Of a stretch of DNA of 64,000 nucleotides, positions 59,765 to 64,000 are shown piece after piece (positions within the stretch are counted from its first letter, which is position 1; each line of letters begins with the position of its first letter). The position numbers and the translations under genes were made by a program. Origin of the DNA: Saprospiraceae bacterium (GTDB lineage Bacteria > Bacteroidota > Bacteroidia > Chitinophagales > Saprospiraceae); contig JABSSL010000029.1 in assembly GCA_013214355.1 (NCBI GenBank), positions 13,626-77,625 of the forward strand, read 5' to 3'. The notes under the pieces are model-generated. The model did not search any database, was not told the DNA's origin, and was given only the letters and a program-made list of their open reading frames with translations.

Positions 59765-61453
59765 ATGCAAGATAATACGACATTCGATGCTATTGTAGTT
59801 GGCTCCGGGATCACCGGCGGTTGGGCAGCTAAAGAACTGACAGAGAAAGGGCTAAAAACTTTGGTCTTAGAACGAGGCAGGCAGGTAGAACATGTCAAGG
59901 ATTACCCTACAACCAACGACGCTCCTTGGCAATTTCCACACCGTGGGCGCGCCACTGCTGACGACAAAAAGAACCATCCCGTTCAACATCGAGTATACGC
60001 GTTCAATGAAGGTACACGACATTGGTGGGTAAATGACAATGATCATCCCTATACTACTCCGGAAGACAAACCTTTCGCTTGGATCCGAGGATACCACGTA
60101 GGAGGTCGTTCCATTATGTGGGGACGCCAGTGCTATCGATGGAGTGATTATGATTTTGAAGCCAACTTAAAAGATGGAGTTGGAGTCGATTGGCCTATCC
60201 GATACAAAGATATTGCTCCCTGGTACGATTACGTAGAGCGTTTTGTAGGGATTAGCGGAAAAGCGGAGGGCATCCCTCAGCTACCAGATGGCCAATTTCT
60301 GCCACCGATGGAAATGAACTGCGTGGAAAAACATGTAAAAGCCGCCATCGAAGACAAATGGAGTGATCGCAAAATGACTATCGGCCGGGTGGCCAATCTA
60401 ACTCGCGAACACAATGGTCGAACACCTTGTCAGCATAGGAATCTATGCTATCGCGGTTGTCCTTATGGCGCTTATTTTAGCAGCAATAGCGCTACCCTTC
60501 CTGCTGCCGCCGCTACGGGAAATCTAACCCTACGCCCAGATTCAGTGGTTGAGTCAGTTATATTTGATAAAGATACACGCAGAGCCACCGGTGTCCGCGT
60601 TATCGATGCTAATACCGGCAAGGATATCGAATACAAAGCCAAAGTTGTTTTTCTATGTGCTTCTACTTTAGGCAGCACTTTCATCCTATTGAATTCAGCC
60701 AATGAGGAATTTCCTGATGGGCTGGCAAATAGCAGCGGGGCACTCGGTAAGTATCTGATGGATCACGATTACAGCGTACGGGTAGGTGCTAGCATGGAAG
60801 GATTCGATGACAAGTATTATAGTGGCGGTCGCCCAAATGGCATTTATATTCCACGTTTCCGAAATATCGAAGATAAACACCCCGATTTCATCCGCGGTTA
60901 TGGCTTCCAAGGCGGAGGGTCTAGGTCCAATTGGAATAGCGGCTTTGGCAAACCTGGCTTTGGAGGAGCGTACAAGGATAGCCTTACCCATCCCGGTCCA
61001 TGGTCCATGCGTCTAGTAGGCTTTGGAGAATGTCTCCCCTATGCCGACAATGCCGTCACGCTCAATAAAGATGTACTAGATAAACACGGCTTACCTACGC
61101 TACATATCAGTGCTACCTTCAAGGAAAATGAAAAAGCGATGCGAGATGATATTGCAACTACCGCTTCTGAAATGCTGGAAGCAGCAGGCGGAAAAAATAT
61201 CCAGGTGCAGGTACAAGAGGTTACTCCAGGATTCTGCATTCATGAAATGGGTACTGCGCGGATGGGAAGAGATCCTAAAACATCCGTACTAAACCAATGG
61301 AATCAAGCACACGATGTAGACAATCTGTTTGTCACAGATGGAGCCTGCATGACTTCCTCGGCTTGCCAAAATCCGTCCATCACCTATATGGCACTTACCG
61401 CTAGGGCCGTGGATTACGCAGTAAAGGAATTAAAGAACGGGAATCTAAGCTAA
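59765..61453 (+). CDS. GMC-family FAD oxidoreductase (glycoside 3-dehydrogenase-like)
   Basis: 'GSGITGGWAAKEL', 'CQHRNLCYRGCP', 'IHEMGTARMG' and 'QNPSITYMA'. Confidence 0.92.
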   Translation: MQDNTTFDAIVVGSGITGGWAAKELTEKGLKTLVLERGRQVEHVKDYPTTNDAPWQFPHRGRATADDKKNHPVQHRVYAFNEGTRHWWVNDNDHPYTTPEDKPFAWIRGYHVGGRSIMWGRQCYRWSDYDFEANLKDGVGVDWPIRYKDIAPWYDYVERFVGISGKAEGIPQLPDGQFLPPMEMNCVEKHVKAAIEDKWSDRKMTIGRVANLTREHNGRTPCQHRNLCYRGCPYGAYFSSNSATLPAAAATGNLTLRPDSVVESVIFDKDTRRATGVRVIDANTGKDIEYKAKVVFLCASTLGSTFILLNSANEEFPDGLANSSGALGKYLMDHDYSVRVGASMEGFDDKYYSGGRPNGIYIPRFRNIEDKHPDFIRGYGFQGGGSRSNWNSGFGKPGFGGAYKDSLTHPGPWSMRLVGFGECLPYADNAVTLNKDVLDKHGLPTLHISATFKENEKAMRDDIATTASEMLEAAGGKNIQVQVQEVTPGFCIHEMGTARMGRDPKTSVLNQWNQAHDVDNLFVTDGACMTSSACQNPSITYMALTARAVDYAVKELKNGNLS

Positions 61454-63556
61454 TGTAGTGGGTTGAGTAATCTTGGCGCGGGGCAAAGTAAAGCAGAATA
61501 TGGTGCCTTCAGGGCTAGATGATTCTAGCCAGATCTCCCCGCCGTGTTGCTCCACTATCTTTTTGCAGAGCGCTAGACCGATCCCTGTACCCTCATATTC
61601 TGCCGAAGTATGGAGGCGTTTAAACATTTCGAATACGGTATCTTGATAGGCTAGATCTATGCCAATACCATTATCCTGCACACAGAAGCGATACTGTTTT
61701 GCCTCGGTCTGGCACGAAATAACCACCTTGGGTCGGTCCTGTTCGTTGTACTTAACTCCATTCACAATCAAGTTTTGGAACAGCTGGTGTAAATACCCTC
61801 CGTTACCCTCAATTAAAGGCAATTGGTGCGTCTCTACATAACCGTTATTCCCCTTTAGATAGTCATCTATATTGTACAGAACAGAACGGATAGTTTGATT
61901 GAGATCTACAGTCTCCTTTTTCATTTCGGCCGTACTGACTTTCGAGAACTCTAGGACATCTTCAATCAAATTATTCATCTGCTTGGCTCCATTAGAGGCA
62001 AAACTTAGCAAGTCTTCAAGCTCTGGATTATTGTACTGCTTAATCCGGCGTTTGATTAAGGATAGGAAACTAGAAATGGTCCGTAAGGGTGTTTTGAGGT
62101 CATGGGAGGCGATGTAGGCGAAGCGTTCTAATTGCGTATTTGACTGTTTCAAGGCCTCGGTCCGTTCTTGGACCTTAGATTCTAACTCTTCATTGAATTT
62201 TCTAACTTTTCGGTAGTAAAAGAAAAGCCCTCCAGCGATGATCACAATCATCCCAATCAAGCCAGATAGTAAAACTAAGAATAGATATTGCTGGCTAGAT
62301 TTTTCCCTTAGGTCGAATATTTCTTGCTCTTGCTCCTTCCGTTTAAACTCCCGTTCGAGGCGACTTAACAATTCTGCATTTTCTAAATTATTGATGCTAT
62401 CCTGCAATGCTTGAAACCGCTTTTGAAAACTAAGAGATAGCTTGTAATTCCCAAGATCATAGTACAGATCGCCATATTGTTGATACGCCTGCAATAGATA
62501 TTTATAATCGCGATCACTTTGTGCGAGCGAATAGGCAGTATCTATGTACGGTTTTGCGGCTTGGAACTGTCCCGTCCTAGCTCTACATTTCCCCAAAATC
62601 AAATAAATCTCTTCGAGATCTTTGCGCTTCCCGGCAGCCATGGCACGACTGAGAGAGCGTTCGATGTAGGACAGCGCCCTTTCAGGCTGATCAATATTCA
62701 AGTAAAAGCGAGCTAACCGATTGAGTGTAAAAATGAGATTATAATCATCCCCATTCTTGGTAGCAATAGCTAATGCTTCTTCGTAAGTAGAAAGAGCTTT
62801 GGGAATCTGATCTCTTTTGTTGTAGATATCTGCCATCAAGTTTAGTGAAAGCGGTAGCCAAGTAGCGCTTTGCATCTCTTCGGCCAGACGAACTCCTTTT
62901 TCTGCATGCTCTTTTGCTTGCTCAAAAAGACGTTGCTTGTAGTATAGTCGCCCAAGATTAGAGTGTGTCGCCATTAGGCCTCTCTTATTTCCTGAGACCT
63001 CATTCACCTCAAGTGCCTTAATATAAAGCCGAGTAGCGGCTTCCAAGCTATTTTCAGTCACATGTACAACCCCCCAGTTATTATACACCTGCCCTAACCA
63101 CTTCAGATCATCCAGCTCTAAAAAGATATCTTCAGCAGCCTCAAAAGATGCCACAGCTACATCTTTTTCTCCTTTAATATCATGTAAGATTCCAATACTG
63201 TTCAAAAGAATTCCACGCTGCTTTTGGGCTTTACTTTGTTGAAAGTAAATCATGGCTTTCTGACAAAAAGCCAGGGTGGTATCTATGGCAAGGGGTGGGG
63301 TCGTATAGGTACAAAGAATTAGTTGTGCTTCTGCCGCTAGCTTAGCAAATCCAGTGGTTTCTGCTTCTGCCAAAACATCCAAAGCCAATTTACTTGATTT
63401 CAGGGGAGAGGATTCCGATAGATCTTTAGCTTCTTTGAGCTTTGCTGATAATACATTAGCGTCGGCCTTCCCTTTTCCATGATCAACGGAAGGAGAGCAA
63501 GCAGCCAGCATTAGTAGACCTACTAAAAAATACTTGCAGAAATAAAGTCCTTTCAC
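61445..63556 (-). CDS. TPR-containing sensor histidine kinase
   Basis: Lipoprotein-like N-terminus, TPRs, TM, 'ASHDLKTPL', 'QNLIVNGVKY', 'DNGIG' and 'GTGIGL'. Confidence 0.92.
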   Translation of the reverse strand: MKGLYFCKYFLVGLLMLAACSPSVDHGKGKADANVLSAKLKEAKDLSESSPLKSSKLALDVLAEAETTGFAKLAAEAQLILCTYTTPPLAIDTTLAFCQKAMIYFQQSKAQKQRGILLNSIGILHDIKGEKDVAVASFEAAEDIFLELDDLKWLGQVYNNWGVVHVTENSLEAATRLYIKALEVNEVSGNKRGLMATHSNLGRLYYKQRLFEQAKEHAEKGVRLAEEMQSATWLPLSLNLMADIYNKRDQIPKALSTYEEALAIATKNGDDYNLIFTLNRLARFYLNIDQPERALSYIERSLSRAMAAGKRKDLEEIYLILGKCRARTGQFQAAKPYIDTAYSLAQSDRDYKYLLQAYQQYGDLYYDLGNYKLSLSFQKRFQALQDSINNLENAELLSRLEREFKRKEQEQEIFDLREKSSQQYLFLVLLSGLIGMIVIIAGGLFFYYRKVRKFNEELESKVQERTEALKQSNTQLERFAYIASHDLKTPLRTISSFLSLIKRRIKQYNNPELEDLLSFASNGAKQMNNLIEDVLEFSKVSTAEMKKETVDLNQTIRSVLYNIDDYLKGNNGYVETHQLPLIEGNGGYLHQLFQNLIVNGVKYNEQDRPKVVISCQTEAKQYRFCVQDNGIGIDLAYQDTVFEMFKRLHTSAEYEGTGIGLALCKKIVEQHGGEIWLESSSPEGTIFCFTLPRAKITQPTTLA

Positions 63557-63773
63557 AATTGGGTAGTATACCAGTTAATTCAAAAGTAGTAACGGCAAAA
63601 TTAAATGATGGGTTACAGATAGGAAAGTAGGATTCTCGTAGCCTCAATTATATTGAAATAACAACAGGTTCTAATATACGCATCTTAGTTGAAATTTAGC
63701 CATGAATCTCGTCCGAGGAGCGAAAAAAGGGAATTAGCATGCTACGAAATAGAGTAAATAAGGAGCACAAACT

Positions 63774-63803
63774 AAAAAGCCTCTCACCAAAAGGCAAGAG
63801 GCT
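63774..63803 (-). terminator. Intrinsic terminator after acyl-CoA dehydrogenase
   Basis: Minus strand reads AGCCTCT-N12-AGAGGCT followed by TTTT. Confidence 0.7.
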
Positions 63804-63868
63804 CTCCCATATTATTGTCAATCTATGTCTAGATCTTTAAAGCTTTGAATGTAGCTCAGCACATGCGC

Positions 63869-64000
63869 CTAGAAGCAATATTCATTGGCAGCAATCAACT
63901 TGGCAGCGATCTTTCTGCGTTCTTGCTTAACATTGGCTGGCATGTACTTTCCGAAACGCTTAAGACCCATCAACAAGGTCCGCAAAGTATCACCTTCAGC
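63869..64000 (-). CDS. Partial (C-terminus) acyl-CoA dehydrogenase
   Basis: Manual translation gives AEGDTLRTLLMGLKRFGKYMPANVKQERRKIAAKLIAANEYCF*, a typical Bacteroidota ACAD C-terminus. Confidence 0.75.
   Translation of the reverse strand, partial: AEGDTLRTLLMGLKRFGKYMPANVKQERRKIAAKLIAANEYCF

Overview
This window looks like chromosomal DNA from a Bacteroidota bacterium, probably Saprospirales/Lewinellaceae-like. That assignment is an inference from a T9SS C-terminal sorting domain, TAnnTTTG -7 promoter boxes and the gene content. 1-14.6 kb holds housekeeping and stress genes (MarC, TauE, mce, ettA, a LytS/LytTR pair, LysR-peroxiredoxin-MdaB-bestrophin, Rieske and PhyH oxygenases), punctuated by a REP-like hairpin repeat family. 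An IS481-like element with a +1-frameshifted transposase lies at 14.7-16.1 kb. 16.1-30.5 kb is a form I aerobic Mo-Cu CO dehydrogenase cluster (coxMSLG-D-E-F, with the AYRCSFR motif). It runs directly into a TetR gene, a degenerate group-2a-derived [NiFe]-hydrogenase large-subunit paralogue (no small subunit, altered metal ligands) and hypCD. 30.7-48.2 kb is an accessory signalling island. It carries two exported TPR-CHAT (caspase-like) proteases, an ECF sigma/anti-sigma pair, secreted LamG-lectin and coiled-coil/OmpA-like proteins, an HTH-only AraC gene, a candidate ~220-nt ncRNA, and a 483-aa helical protein convergent with a double-glycine-type small peptide gene that has a long structured leader. 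48.6-64 kb is mostly ordinary genes (rpsU, DEAD helicase, sulfatase, DHFR, acyl-CoA ligase, GMC oxidoreductase pair, TPR histidine kinase). The most promising candidates for undescribed systems are the CODH-linked pseudo-hydrogenase/HypCD module and the CHAT/ECF/peptide/ncRNA island. All family calls come from motif recognition by eye, not from database searches.
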